DNA of 64,000 bases from Eledone cirrhosa. Taxonomy: Eukaryota. The stretch covers positions 14,632,001-14,696,000 of the forward strand of contig OZ024742.1 of assembly GCA_964016885.1 (NCBI GenBank), given 5' to 3'. Below are positions 36,065-51,634 of this stretch, piece after piece; positions within the stretch are counted from its first letter, which is position 1; the number at the start of each line of letters is the position of its first letter. The translations under genes and the position numbers were made by a program. Under the pieces are notes generated by a model. The model made no database searches. It worked only from the letters and a program-made list of their open reading frames with translations, and was not told where the DNA came from.

Positions 36065-36836
36065 AGCTCTCTGCAGCGATCAAACTTTTTTCTTCAGAAT
36101 TTTATATACATGTCCTCTGTTTCAGGTCGTCAAGCAATGAGCACAGAGCAACGAACGGTTGGGGAAAACTCCGTCAGAAGCACTGGGATTGCTGCAAGTG
36201 TATGGAGCTGAGACGATGCCACGCTCACGTGTTTTTGTGTGGTGCAAGAGGTTTAAAGAAGGACGCGAGGACGTGGAAGATGACCCCAGGAGTGGAAGGC
36301 CCACAACAACCAGGACTGAGGTCAACGTTGAGCGCGTCAGGCAGATGGTGCGTAGCGATCGTCGGCTGACTGTTTGACTGATGGCAAATGAGCTGGGCAT
36401 GAATCGGGACAGCGTCTGGAAGATTCTCACTGCAGATTTGGACATGCGGAAAGTCTGCGTGAAGATGGTGCCAAAACTGCTGAACCATGACCAGAAGGGT
36501 CGACGCATGCAAGTGTGCCAGGACATCCTCGAGCGTCTTGAAACCGAACCAGACTTGCTAGGGACAGTCATCACCGGTGATGAGTCATGGATCTTCGAGT
36601 ACGCCCGGAAGGGACCCGTTTTGAAGACGTGGACGACATCAAAAAGGCCCTGACGACGGAACTGCGGAGGATCCCGGAAGAACCTTTCCAGGAGTGCATT
36701 CAAGCAGGGAAGAAAAGGATGAAAAAGTGCATTAGACTCTAGGGGGGGGGGTTACTTTGAAGGAGAAAACTGTTAGTGTGAAGTTTAGGTTTGAAATAAA
36801 TCTTTTCTGGCATCAGTCCTGGAACTTTTCTGACAC

Positions 36837-36838
<2 letters not shown>
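35275..36838 (+). mobile_element. Defective mariner, second copy
   Basis: Paralog of 3369-4930. Confidence 0.9.
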
Positions 36839-36918
<80 letters not shown>

Positions 36919-37566
36919 ATTGGATATAGATATATAAATACGGCTCCTTAATTGTAGAGCTAACTCTGTTGAAAGGAATCGACTGCTGTTTCTAGTTGTC
37001 GATAACCCTATTCACGCCACTGAGACGAAGCTACTATGATGTGTAAATACAACACGTGGTAATAGCCAGCTGAAGATTTGAACTTGTAGTGTAAACATGG
37101 ATTGTTGGAAATTTTCTTCCTTGTTGAAAATCCAAAATATCCACTTCCGTGGTTTACCATCTGATTAATTGGTGAAATATATTTCTTTAATGGAATATAT
37201 AGAGGGAAGATTAATCATATTATAAGATATCTATTTTTGAAGTTCTAGTCAACTTTATTTAGTTACCTACCTAGCTATGTGTGGTCACACACTTGTAAAA
37301 ATTATCTCCTGTGATTATTCATGGTTATATATATGTTAATCAATTTCTAGTTATTATATATATATGTGTGTGTGTGAAAAGAGTCAGGACCCCGACAGTT
37401 GTGCTCCGGCCGTTTCGACAGCTAGATCCGAACTAACCCAGCTGGGTTAGTTTAGATCTAGCTCAGCCGTCGGGGTCCTGACTCTTTGCCTACTACCCAC
37501 TCTACTTTAAGTATCGAGTACTCTGGTGCGTGATAGTCCACCAGGTTCCTTACCACACTTTCTTTG

Positions 37567-37766
<200 letters not shown>

Positions 37767-37964
37767 GAGAGGTATAGAGATTGTTTTAGCGAGAAGCTAA
37801 CAGCATTCTATAACATATATGCGACTATAACGTCAAGATGGGAAAAGTAGTTAACGTAAGATTTAGGAAAGATAATTCAAACTCATCTCAAAAGAGAATC
37901 AGGATACAAATTCATCCACAGAATTTAGTGCAATCCAGGGAAAAATCAATAGACCTTTAACTCA

Positions 37965-38040
<76 letters not shown>

Positions 38041-38047
38041 TTATATA

Positions 38048-39341
38048 CAGGGTGTGGACGATATTTGTTCGCAATATTCAACTGCTAATTTTATGCAAAT
38101 TATTTTTACTTCCGTTGTCACTCTTGTCTTCATAAAAACAGTGACTATATTTCCATTATTTATTTTCAGAATAATTGATTATGAATAATTTTGAACCTCC
38201 AAATTTGTGGAAGAGACACGGAGTTCTTCTTGGAATCCGTGCCGGGAAGACAAATAAAGAAATTTCAGACATTCTCAGTGTCAGCAGGAGAATGGTGGAA
38301 AAGGTCAGAAGGGAATTGGAAGATTCAGGATTCGACTACGAAGCAACATCAGAGAGGAAAACACATGATCAACGATCTGACGCCTTCAGAACGCCCGAGT
38401 TCGTTGCTGAAGTTCAGGATATCATCAACAATGAACCTAGCAAGTCGATGCATGCCATTGCAAGGGAGAAAGGCATGGATGAAAAGCTCATTAGGCTGGT
38501 GGTACATGAAGACATTCGCTACGTTTCATACAAGATGAGGAAAAGACAATTTCTTTCAAAGGCGATGCAAGAAAAGCGACTGAAGCACGTAAAGAAGCTG
38601 ATCAACAAGTTGAAACACCCACTGGAGCCAGACATGCTGTTATTTTTTTCCGACGAGAAAAACTTCTGCTAAACCAGAAGATCAACTCCCAGAACAACAG
38701 GTGGCTCGCTGTCTCATCCAAAGACGTGCCCAGAGTCATGCAGACAAAGTTTCCAGCGACAACATTGGTCTTAGTTGTCGTCAGCAGTCAAGGTGACGTC
38801 ATGCCACCTCACTTCTTCCCTGAGGGCCTCAAGCTGAACACCGATGGCTACATCCGCGTTCTGAGCGAGGTAGTAAAGCCCTGGATCGACCAGTTAGCTC
38901 CAGGTAGGCCGTACGTGTGGCAGCAAGGCTCAGCGCCCTGCCATACCAGCCGAAAGAACCCAAGCCTGGCTGTCAGAGAACTTTGTTGACCACACTTCAC
39001 CTGACGTCTGGCCTCCCAGCTCGCCTGACTGCAACTCCCTCGACTTCTTTGTGTGGGGCGCAGTGGAACAAGACACCAACAGACCTAGCTGCAATACGAA
39101 AGACGATCTGAAGGCCAGGATCACAATTGCCTTTAGGGGCCTAAGTCGGGGGACAGTGACAAAGGCCTGTAGCCGGATCCGAGGCCGTCATCAAAGCCAA
39201 TGGCGGGTTTATCGAGTGAGATCGAAAGAACAAGTGATGAAGACAAACTGATCCAAATTTGATAAATATATCTTAAAAAATAAAACTACTGTGTTACTTT
39301 TTCCTAGTTACTGTTTCTTGCGAACAAATATCGTCTGCACC

Positions 39342-39344
<3 letters not shown>
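38048..39344 (+). mobile_element. DD37D (maT) transposon, second copy
   Basis: Paralog of 5772-7067; second catalytic Asp changed to Gly (QQGSAP). Confidence 0.93.
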
Positions 39345-39408
<64 letters not shown>

Positions 39409-39616
39409 AATGAAGTAATTCCGTCGGAAAAGTCCAGGAGAAAAGAGTGCTCTATGTAGGTAACAGAGCTTAATAGTTATGTAATAAACAACACAAGGCA
39501 ATTATTCCATTTACCAGTGGTTTCTTAAAAGCAAAAAATTTTGCTTTCAATCATCAGAATATATATATATAATGACTGTTACATATAGTATCATTTATCA
39601 TATTTTCTTCTTACAG

Positions 39617-39659
39617 GAGTAGCACACTAATTTTAGGGCGCCAACCTACTTGCTGTCAG
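39617..39659 (+). CDS. 43-nt internal coding exon of peptide gene copy B: (L)SSTLILGRQPTCCQ
   Basis: Acceptor attttcttcttacag and donor CAG|GTAAAA. Phase 2 in and phase 0 out fits the upstream exon and supplies the terminal CC pair, making 8 Cys. Confidence 0.72.
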
Positions 39660-39719
39660 GTAAAATAATAAAACATTTTGTTTTCTGTGTCTTCTGCTTT
39701 GGGTTTCATCCATCTCAAT

Positions 39720-39792
<73 letters not shown>

Positions 39793-41553
39793 CTTTAGTA
39801 TGGTGTCTAAAGTAACACAATATCAAACCTCTACCAATTCTACCAAGACAACATACTAGTAAAACACAACAATGTACTGTTACAATAATTTTATTTATAT
39901 ACCTTCCAAATTATAAATGTTATTGATCGCAGTTTTTGTTGTTGCTGTCACATGTTATAAGCAAATTTTTGTTTGAGGTGAAACTGGACCAACATTTAGC
40001 AAATTCACACAGACTTACAAGAAACTGGACCAACAGACTTACAAGAAACTGGGCCAACATTTAGCAAATTCACACAGACTTACAAGAAACTGGACCAACA
40101 GACTTACAAGAAACTGGGCCAACATTTAGCAAATTCACACAGACTTACAAGATACTGGGCCAACATTTAGCAAACTCTCCCAGATTTACATGAAGTAGCT
40201 TCTCTTGTTGGTCTCCATCTTAATAAAGGTAAAACTGAGTACATCTCAAATTTATCTGCTCAAACCACCCACAAAGCACAAGGTGGAAGTGAAATTAAAA
40301 AAGTTAAAGATTTTAGGTATCCTGGTTCTTGGGTCCTGAACTCTGGAAAAGATTTAAATACCAGAAACACCCAGGTGTGGTTAGTCATGCTTGACAGAAT
40401 CTGGCTCTGTTTCTATCTATCAAATTCCTCCAAAATAAGAATCTTCCAAGTTACTATAGAACCAATTCTACTTTATTGTAACTTGGACACTTACCATCAA
40501 ACAACAAAAGTTCCTCAATGGAGTATATACATCCTTGTTGTGTCAGGCTGAAAACATAAACTGGAAGCAATATAAGACTCTAGCAGAGTTATATAATAGT
40601 CTTCCTCAAATTTATAATTTTGTGTAAAAGAAGAAGGTGAGGTTTGTTAGCCATTGCCATCACACTTCACATGAAGCTGTGTCTCCTTTAGTACTTTAGG
40701 AACAAACATCTGTCAAAACCCAAAGAGGTTGTAAGCTTATCCCAGTGGAAGGAAGCCACAATAGAGGATGACTGAGAAAGACCTGCGCAGAGGTTGTGAG
40801 AGTAGACCTCAAATTACTAAGACTGGCAGAGGAGATGACGAAGGAATAAAACAAGTGGAGAGATGCTGTGCTGTGAAGGACTCATCCAACTCTTGCAAGC
40901 ATGGAAAAGTGGACATAAAAACTATGATGATGATGATGATGATGATGATGTCATAGCCAGAAACTCTGGTATTGATGACCAGGATCTAGGCAATGTAATG
41001 GGCAATAGGTTTATGTAAGGTGTGGGGATGTATCATTAAGTCTGTTTTACTTGAAGTCACAAAATAATGATGTTGTTTAGTGGACCAATGAATTATTAAC
41101 CAGTAGGTTTAGTTAGTAGTTTGTGGTGACAGACAATCAGCAAGATAACAATCAGCTTAGAACAATTTAACCAGTGTATATATATATATAGTGAAGGTGT
41201 GTGGCTTACTGGTTAGAGAATTGGATTCACAATTGTGAGGTTGCAGGTTTAATACCAGGACTGGGGAATGTGTTATGTCCTTGAACAAGACACTTTATTT
41301 CACATTGTTCTTCCTGCCAGGAGTTGTGACTGGTAGATAGTATCTATAACAGAAAGACCAATGGAAACATTGTTTCCTTGGTCCAATTTGATGAGTTTCA
41401 CCCCATTTAATAAGTGATTGAGGTTAGATCTTGTCAATAGTGAACACATTTCAAATTTTTAAATTTGCCAATCTTCTTATGTCAACCACTTTGTTTAATC
41501 ATCAAAAGTGTATCTAATAAAATTACTGATTCCATTTTCTTTTTTTATTTCAG

Positions 41554-41720
41554 ATTTAGTTTTCACAGTTCCACAAAGATCTGAAAATCCGGTTTCCAAA
41601 TGCCTTTGCCACCCACAAAATGTCTTCAGAGCGTCTAATAAAAGCTATGCCATTTTTCCTGAATTTCAAAGAATGATGTTTTTTTCTTCTTTTTCTATTA
41701 ACAACATGTAATTCAATAAA
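41554..41720 (+). CDS. Terminal exon of peptide gene copy B: ATT TAG (Ile-stop, 41554-41559) plus 3' UTR
   Basis: Strong acceptor ccattttctttttttatttcag. AATAAA at 41637 and 41715. Lies in a non-TE island between SINEs. Confidence 0.6.
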
Positions 41721-44700
41721 ATAAAATGTTAACATTATTTTCTCTCCATAATTATTATTATTTGTTGTAGCATATGGCCTAGTGGTAAGTGTGTTAGACT
41801 TATGATGATAATACCAATGGTTAGATTCCTGTGCTGGGTTGTGCGTTGTGTTCTTGAGCAGCATACTTCATTTCACATTGTTCCAGTATACTCAGCTGAA
41901 AATGAGTACTGTCCATAGCTGGGGGTTTAACCTTGTGATCGAATGGCATCCTTTCAAGGGGGAGTCTTGTATCCTCAGTCACTTAACACCATGGAAACCA
42001 AGGTAAGCACCTAATGAACCTCCAGGTTTGGGACATCCTTGTGTGGCTAATAAAGGAATCAATGTTGTTGTTGTTGAAACAACTACAGGAGAGTACTTAG
42101 CTAAGAGAAAGCCACTGCATCTAGCATTTGTAGATTTGGAGAAGGCCTTTGACAGGGTCCCATGCTCTGTAATCTGGTGGGCACTTAGGACAGTAAATGT
42201 AGATGAATGTCTTGTGAGGGCTGTGCAGGTGATGTATAAAGGATCAATCAACAAAGTGAGAGATGACAATGAGTACAGTGATGAATTTGATGTACAATTG
42301 GTGGTACACGAGGGCTCAGTCCTCAATCCACTCCTGTTTCTCATTGTCCTTCACACCATCACTGAGGAGTTTAAAACTGGAACTCCATAGAAACACCTGA
42401 GTACTGATGACTAGTCCTTACATCTGAATATATGGGAGAGTTAGTGGCAAAACTTCAAGCATGGAAGAAGAACTAAGAGCTGATACTTAGTAAAGATAAA
42501 AGTTTTAATAAGTAGCAAAGAGGAGAGTAATACCATGAGGGAATTGGCTGTGTTTAATATGTCAGAAAGTGGTGGGCAGAAATTCCATAAGGTGTACACT
42601 GTAATTTATGGAGGCACATTAGATGTAGTGGAATTACAGGTAGACTAATGGAAAAGATAGATTTTATAAAATCTTTCTAAATCTTTTCCTGCCTCAGTCT
42701 ATCTTCCAATGAAGGACCAACGTTTGAAACGTTAAGACTCTTTCTCTATGTTTAACATCCTTTTCCACACTATAATTGGTTAGACTTTGCCTTTCAGTCA
42801 TACGGGGATCGATAAAATAAAGTACCAGTAACACACTGGAGTCAATTTAATCGACTTTCACCGACCCCATCACCACAAATTGTTGGCCTTGTACCTGAAC
42901 CAGAAACCATTATTGACAACTTATATAGCAATAGTTGACAAGAACTATATACGTGTTGTATTTTCATTGGTTAATGTGTAACACTTCCAAGAGTCTCCAG
43001 CTATAAGTTATATCATCCAACCCAACAGAGAAATATTAAACAATCTGTAAAACTTGAAAACTAACTGTGATAAAATTGTGACATTTTCTCCACTAAACAC
43101 CATCAACTCTACTTTGACTCTTTTACTCAGTAAGTTGACTTCTTTCCATCATATTTCTTCACCTTGGAATTTATATATTTATTTATCTACTTATTCATTT
43201 ATGTAAAATGAAATACACACAAACACTTTTATGCGCACTGTATACACATACACTGCACATACATATATGTATGTATGTATGCATGCCGGATCACTCTTGA
43301 GTGTTACTGGTAACATGTAACCCAGTACAACCTGTCGCATGGTCGGGTCGTCGACTAAACCGGCAACCCCACCAAGTTTACTTGGTGAGGAGCGTGATTT
43401 TGGACACCCTGCAGGACAAAAAGCAAAACCTGACAAAGGGCGGAAGAACTCATAAGAGTCAACGGCCATCCAAAAGTGTGTAAATATGTATATACGCATG
43501 TACATATGTATGTATATGTGTATATACATGGGTACATGTGTATGTATATGCGCAGGGACATAGAAATAGTCGGACTGGACACCCGATCATGTGGTTAAAC
43601 AACTGAGAGTGAAGGACTCCTAGCCTTTGTCAGGGCATTCTTCTAGGAGAAGGCAACTCAGGAAACTGGGATAACTCCGATATAAAACCTGCGGCTCAGT
43701 AGTTACCGATGATGTTGATCTTTTCTTCTTTTCGAGTTATAGCTACTGTCGCTCAGAGAGTGGGATTGGCTCAGTGCACAGTCTTTCCTCACTTTAAAAA
43801 AATTTTCACGCACAGGCATTGCATGATAGAATTAACTAATAATTATTAATAATGGTATATTGTGCAATGGCCATACTCGATAACGAGGGCGCAGCCGTCA
43901 CATCATGTATGTATGTATGTATGTATGTATGTATGTATGTATGTATGTATGTATGTATGTATGTATGTATGTATGTATGTATGTATGTTATCTCTTTCTC
44001 TTAATTTTGAGTACATTTTTGACCGGCCACCTTCTTGGTGGAAAGGTTGTAAAAGAAAAAAATGGTCATCCCTTGAATCACAAGAATTTTTTGCAAATTT
44101 TGAAGGTGCCAGCTATTGTAGCCATTTGTAGTCTATAAATTAGGGAGCTGCGCTCCTTGTCCACAAATCTAAGTTCAGTTATACTTTGGTCCAAGTGAGT
44201 TGGTATATAACCCGTAGCTCCAATAATGATGGGTATGAAGCTGAAGGTGTATGTTGAATACTGGATCTGCAAACTCCTCATCAATGGTCCGTAGATGTCC
44301 TCCTTCTCTTGTATTTTTCTTACAATGTTGACATCAAGTGGGCAGCTGATCTCTACAAGAGAGCACGTTTTCACTGTGTCATTCCAAATAACAATATCGG
44401 GCCGGTTGTGTAGCAAGATCTGTGCACGCCTTGAACCTTGGATGACACCTAGAGGTCAAACTCTAGGTCACCACCCTTTTGGTGTGAACAGATTCATGCG
44501 TGTGCTATCCCCTCAAGGTGGGAGACCGAAAGTGACAGGTATATAAAGCCTATATTTTCCCACCTTACATACAGAGAAATCGGATCATTACAACAAGCTA
44601 TGTAAAGATTCACCGCTACCTTCAGACCCCAGAGATCTACAGACATACAGAGAGATCGGAGCACTACGATACAGACCAGCTATGTAAGGATTCACTGCTA

Positions 44701-47700
44701 TCTACAGGCCACAGTGGTCTACAGTCAATTACAGACCATTACTTTCTCTCTCTCCTGGTCGCAGACTAAACCAGACTCACGACAAGAACTACTACCACAG
44801 ACTGCAAACACCAACAAACTTTATCTGGTCGCTCGCTGTTTTCACATCAACAACAAAATAACATTGTCAACCTTTGCAACTCGTGGTAACTTGATTATTG
44901 TTCTTTTTGACTCATGTTTATTCTTCTTTTTGAAACAAGTGAAGTAAACCTTTATGTATAAACTAAATCTTTATTCTTGTTATTACATCCAACAAAATTG
45001 TTGATCCATCTAACTAAATCTTACTTATACCCTTCGTTAAAGTTGTGCTTTAATTTGGTGGCAGTCTTTATTGTCAGGTTCCACCAGTATTCTTTAGTGC
45101 TTTAGCAGTAGTTTATAATAATAGATATCACCAAGACTCACGTCAAGTCACCATTTTAGCAGAAATATATAATAATGATGGGAATATCAACACGGATAAA
45201 TATGATGAATGTATGTTTATTTGTCGTAGTGAGAAAGAGACAAAGTTATCCACAAAGTAAATGTTTGTTGAATTGGATAGTTAAAGTTAACAATGTAAAG
45301 GTTATAAAAAGAATGTGGCATTGCGCCAGGCCCAAGGAAGGCCGACAGGCCAAAGTGCAAATCTCACCGTTACATTATCGCGTGTTTATTTCTCAGAGTC
45401 CAAAGCAGCAAGAGAGAGATGTCTGAATCGACGCGGGAATTTTTCTCTCAGGGCGTGTCGAGATAGATTCTCCTATGCTGGCGGCGATTGGCTGAACTGT
45501 GCCAAACAACGCACGGAGAATGTATCTATGAGCCCTCGGAATGTAGGTCACTACAATACCCCCTTCCTAGTCGCAAGACGATATATAAAATTGAATCAGC
45601 AGGAAAAATGCTGAAAGAGAGCACATCAATGAAAAGATTGAACAAAAGAATGCATGCAAGAAGAAAAATGAGGTGCTAAGGGCTGTGTTGAGCCACTGTG
45701 TCAAATGACTAACTGTTTTGCTATTTATACGTAACCATCAGGCTCTATCAGAAAATGGATAAAGTCTGACATGGGCAAAGTTGCTGTTCTTGCATTAAAC
45801 GTTAGCTGTTATGGTAAGTGTTGTACCGGAGCTGTTGTCAATGATGGCGCTGTTATGGTAAATGTTGTAGCAGAGCTGGCAAGAAGATGATGGGTAGGTG
45901 AGAAATTGTCGGCCTCCCAGATGAATTGCCGGAAGTGCTAGGCAGCCAGTAAAAAATGGCAAGTTGCTTTGAAAAGAAAAAAAGCAAGTTGAATCTGTAG
46001 GTGGGTAGTAGTTGAAGCGGTAATTCCATAATTCTGACAAATCCATAGGAGAAATGGTGGACATGCTGACAGGTCCAGTTCCATTTGTTGTTTTCCCAGT
46101 GAGTCGGGTAAAGTAACAAGATGGAGGTTGTTATGCTATAGGACGATGAGTGTGCAACGAGATGCGAAACTGTTTGAATCCAGCTGCAATTAACATTCTC
46201 GTGTTGCGGTGCAGGTGAATTAAGCTACAAGTGTCGACAGCATGTTTTGGAATCTCCACCAGGTGAAAAGGGATCTCGCAGAATATTACGACGTTTGAAG
46301 ATCATATACTATAGACAACAACATGTTGGTGTGTGACAAAGAAATGTGTGTGCATATGCAGGCATGTAATACAGCAAAGAAAATGTGTGTGTGCACTCAT
46401 ATATACAATGATAGAGTAAAAAAATGAATTTTCATATTATACAGTTTAAAAGAAATAAATGTCCAAACATTGCCTGTAAAAAAAGAAAGAAAGAATTGTT
46501 TTTTAAGTGGTTGTTGTCTCTCGCAGCCTTTTAAAGTTGTTCCAAGGGAAACAACTCGTTCAGAGCTTGAAGATCCAAAAAGAAGGGTGCGCAACATTTT
46601 TTTTTTACAGAGATTTCAGCCAAGATGTGTTGGTCAGTGTTGAAAAAAAAAAACAGTTGAGCGCTGTGATCTGAGTAAGTCCAGAAGAGCGGTTGTTGAT
46701 CTGAGTGAGTTCAGATAAGTTTGTTTTAAGTAGCTGATCGCAGAATGAATGTGCATAAAAATGCCCAGCAAGTGACGCCAATTTACGACGCAAGGTGTCG
46801 CAATTCTTTTTTACCGGCATTAATAAAGTAGCTCGTGGTCGAAATATTCTTTGAGATGAATAGCAATGAGTGTGTTGGTAAAATCCGCCGCGCGGCAAAA
46901 TGACGAAACGAAGAAGACAAGATGGCTGCTCAAAAATGAAAGAGGAAGGCAGCAGTCGCTATATTGGTTGTTGGTCTTAAACAAAAGCTTGGTTGAACAA
47001 GAAATTTTCAGAGAAAGAAATATCATGTTAAAAAATGAAAGAGTCCAATTTAATGAATGGTTCGTAGTAAGATGTAGCGAAAGTGTAAACAGCCAAGTGA
47101 GAAGCATTTGAACGTTGTCACCACGTGAGGTGGGAATAGAAATTTTTGTGTTCGTTTTGTTCCAACGGAGAAGTTGCCACATAGTTATTCTGTTGTTATG
47201 GTTAGTGGTTAACCAATGTTGTCGCTGCTGGTGCTGTTGTTGGTAGAGGAGGACTTGGCGATAGCCATCTTGAAACTAATTTCCTCGTGTTGAAATTTTT
47301 TTTTTTTTTTTAATACTGCTAATTTTTTTTTATTTTAAAGGAATATTTTGTACTTAAAATATTCCTCCATCGGGGGTCACCATTTTTAGCAGTAGTTTAT
47401 AATAATAGATATCACCAAGACTCACGTCAAGTCACCATTTTAGTAGAAAGATATAATAATTGTTTCTACTATTGGCACAAGGCCAGCAATTACCCAGTAC
47501 ATTACTGGTACTTTATTTTATCGACCCCGTAAGGATGAAAGGCAAAGTTAACCTTTGGCAGAAAGATATAATAATGATGGGAATATCAACACGGATAAAT
47601 ATGATGAATGTATGTTTATTTGTCATAGTGAGAAAGAGACAAAGTTATCCACAAAGTAAATGTTTGTTGAATTGGATAGTTAAAGTTAACAATGTAAAGG

Positions 47701-50111
47701 TTATAAAAAGAATGTGGCATTGCGCCAGGCCCAAGGAAGGCCGACAGGCCAAAGTGCAAATCTCACCGTTACATTATCGCGTGTTTATTTTTCAGAGTCC
47801 AAAGCAGCAAGAGAGAGATGTCTGAATCGACGCGGGAATTTTTCTCTCAGGGCGTGTCGAGACACATTCTCCTACGCTGGCGGCGATTGGCTGAACTGTG
47901 CCAAACAATGCACGGAGAATGTATCTATGAACCCTCGGAATGTAGGTCACTACAGTGCCATCTATCTCAATATATACCTCCTCATTTGTTTCTAATTTTG
48001 TTTTCCTAAGTGTGTTCCAGATGGTTGTAGCTGTCACATCGTGTCTCATAGGGAGGTAGTAATGAGACGGCATTCTTTCGCAGTTGGCAACAATGTGGCT
48101 AACATCTTCAATCATTATTTTACAAAGCCGAGGTTGACTTTGCCTTTCATCCTTACGGGGTCGATAAAATAAAGTACCAGTAATGCACTGGGTAATTGCT
48201 GGCCTTCTGCCTAAAGTAGAAACAATTATTTTACAAAGCCTACATTTATTGTCGACTGATGGCCCTCCTCTTTTGTGTAGCAGATATTTGGTTAGGATTT
48301 CTTGTTCCTGTATTGCATAGAGATATCCTTCAAGGTGGGATGTCATAAACTTATCAGAACACCATGCCAGGCTTTTTGAATGATTTATCCCCTCTATGGT
48401 CTGTGTTTTTCATCTCAGGTACCCATGCACAACTTTCTCTGTAAATTGCTCCATTTGTTTCATCTAGTTTGAATATTGAATAGGATTTTCCAATTTTCCT
48501 GGGAGAGAGATTTATTTCAGGCCTTATTCCATATCTCTCCTCCAAATCAGTGGTTATCCTAATGATATTATTTCCTTCGTGCTCATAGACCTGGGCAAGA
48601 TGGTTGCTGACCATTTTCTTCTGAAGATGTTAAGAAGTAAGGAAATAAAATGTACGTTAGTGACACTGAAGTCCTTGAATGCAGTTGGTCTACCAGTATA
48701 GAGTCTCTCATATTTCAACATTGATTAAGATGGAGTGGTCATGTAGTGAGAATGGATGATGATCACATCCCTAGGCAGTTCCTGATGGTAAACGACAGGT
48801 ACACAAACCAAAATTGAGGTACAGGGATTGCAGCAAAAGCACTCTGAGGAAGATGAAAATATTGGAGAATGACTGGGAGAACCTCGCTCTCGATAGACTT
48901 TCCTGCAGGAAGCCAGTGCATGATGGGAGGAGAGAATTTGGAAGAAACCGTGTTGAGCATGAACAGCTCAAGTGGTGTGCTCATAAGAGCCTTGAGTCTA
49001 GTTTGTCAAAGTATCTTGATTTAACCTGTAAAGAATGTGGCTGGTTATGTCTAAGTAGGGCGGGCCTTGACAGTCATCAGAGAAGCCACATACATGGAGA
49101 CACTGTCAACTGTACATTGTATGACATTTCTGTTTGTGGGGAGTAGAGTGTGCCACAGTTGGTGGACTGAAACATCATTTGAAAGTGCACCAAAAATATC
49201 AATAACAAGACACTATGACAAGAAGTCATTTTATTTCAGCTAGAAGCAGCTACATTAACATATTGTTACGATAGAGGGAAATATTATATTTTAAAGTGAT
49301 CATACTTTAATATTTATGAAAGTTGTGGCAAAGGATTTCAATATATTTTACTGATAAGATATGGAAGAAATATTTCTAAAGTAACTTTTCCCTTGTTTGT
49401 AATAGCTGTCATAGCTAATTCTGAAATAGTAAGAAAGATGAAATATTAGTATAGACAGATAAAATATTATTTTACATTATATTACATTACATTTGAAAAA
49501 GAGGGGGGGGGGGGGGGTATAAATAAAGTACTAGTAACACACTGGAGTCAATTTAATCGACTTTCACCGACCCCATGACCACAAATTGTTGGCCTTGTGC
49601 CTGAACCAGAAACCATTATTGACAACTTATATAGCAATAGTTGACAAGAACTATATACGTGTTGTATTTTCATTGGTTAATGTGTAACACTTCCAAGAGT
49701 CTCCAGCTATAAATTATATCATCCAACCCAACAGAGAAATATTAAACAATCTGTAAAACTTGAAAACTAACTGTGATAAAATTGTGACATTTTCTCCACT
49801 AAACACCATCAACTCTACTTTGACTCTTTTACTCAGTAAGTTGACTTCTTTCCATCATATTTCTTCACCTTGGAATTTATATATTTGTTTATCTACTTAT
49901 TCATTTATGTAAAATGAAATACACACAGACACATATATACATACATACACACATACATACATGCAAACACTTTTATGCGCACTGTATACACATATACACT
50001 GCCCATACATGTATGTATGTATGTATATTTGTTTCTCTCTCTCTTAATTTCGAGTACATTTTTGACCGGCCACCTTCCTGGTGGCAAGGTTGGAAAAGAA
50101 AAGAAATGTTC

Positions 50112-51470
50112 TTCCGGTTTTGTAATTTCACAAATTTTTTATTAATAGAGAGAGAGTGGTTTCTAACATAGTTACAAGACTCTTTCATTGGAATTTACAC
50201 ATCAACTAGGTAGATATGTCTGCATGTCTGCATGCATGTGTGTGCAGGTATGGATGTTATTGTATATGTGGATGTGTATGTTTTGAGTTGCATGTGTGCA
50301 TGTGTATATGCTTTGCATCTGTACATGTGTATATGCAGTTATTAGATGCAACATTTTTGGAATGTTTTACATATTTTTACAGTTCCATTAATGGATTGTA
50401 CTTGTAATTTCCTAACTAGTTGTGTTCTTTCTGTTCCCGTGAAGCCTAGCTTCTCAAGATTTGTATTGGAGCAGTTACTAACATACCCCAGTGCCCCAAT
50501 AATCACAGGCATAAATCTGAAGGTGTAATCAGGGTGGAGTATCTGCAGATTTCTCATCAGTTATGCATAAATATTCTCCTTTTCACTAATCTTTGATATT
50601 ATATTGGCATCTGCTAGGCAGCTAATTTCCAGTACTGTGCATGCCTTCTTTTCCCTGTCCCATATCATAATATCTGGTCTGTTATGCCTGCATTTTATTT
50701 GGGTTTTTATTGGAACATTCCACCAGTACTCTTTCATATTATGTACATGGATGTCTTCCACATTGCTGTAGCTTTTAATGTGTTTATTATCAGGGCTATC
50801 TTTTTTTTTATGGATTGCATTGTCCAGTGTTTTGGCCACTACATCATGCCTCATAGGTTGATAGTACCGCGATGACATCTTTGGACAGCTGCTGATGACA
50901 TGAGTGATATCTTCGATGTCAGTTCTGCAGAGTCTGCACTTGTTATCACATCTAGGTGTTTTGCCTGCATCCCTATCTCTTTTCAGGTATTTTGTGTTAA
51001 TTTCCTGTTCTTGGATTGCAAAAGCGCATCCTTCAAAGTGGGAGCCAATATAGCGGTTGTTGGTCCAAGATAGACTACTTTCCTTAACTATATTACTCTC
51101 ACTCTGGAGATTCCTGGTAACATATGCATGCATGATTTTTTGCTGATAAGCATGCAGTTTTTCATCCATGGATTCACTGCGATACTGCTGAGCGACTTCC
51201 CTGGGTGTGAGTTTTTGATTATCACACAGGGAATATCTCTCGAGGAGTTCCTTCCCGACTCTCATGATCTTATCTGTTTCATGCAGATAGACTTGCTTGA
51301 GAGACGGGCTCCTACGCTTCGAGGTTCGTAGATGTTGTCGGAGGGATATGATGCGACATTCAAATGCTGTCTGGACTGATGTTAGGCCTCTGCCTCCCTG
51401 TTTATGTTTCAAGTAAAGGCGGTTTATGTCACTGTTGATGTCACTGCTTTCTTCTCCCTGTCCCATATCA
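50112..51470 (-). mobile_element. R4/Dong-like LINE, second copy with a longer open frame (50561-51493)
   Basis: One extra T in a homopolymer near 50805 joins the two ORFs seen in the first copy. Confidence 0.9.
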
Positions 51471-51529
51471 TATGTATGTATGAATGTATGCATGTATGTA
51501 TGATATATGTATTCATGTATGCAAGAAGG

Positions 51530-51634
<105 letters not shown>
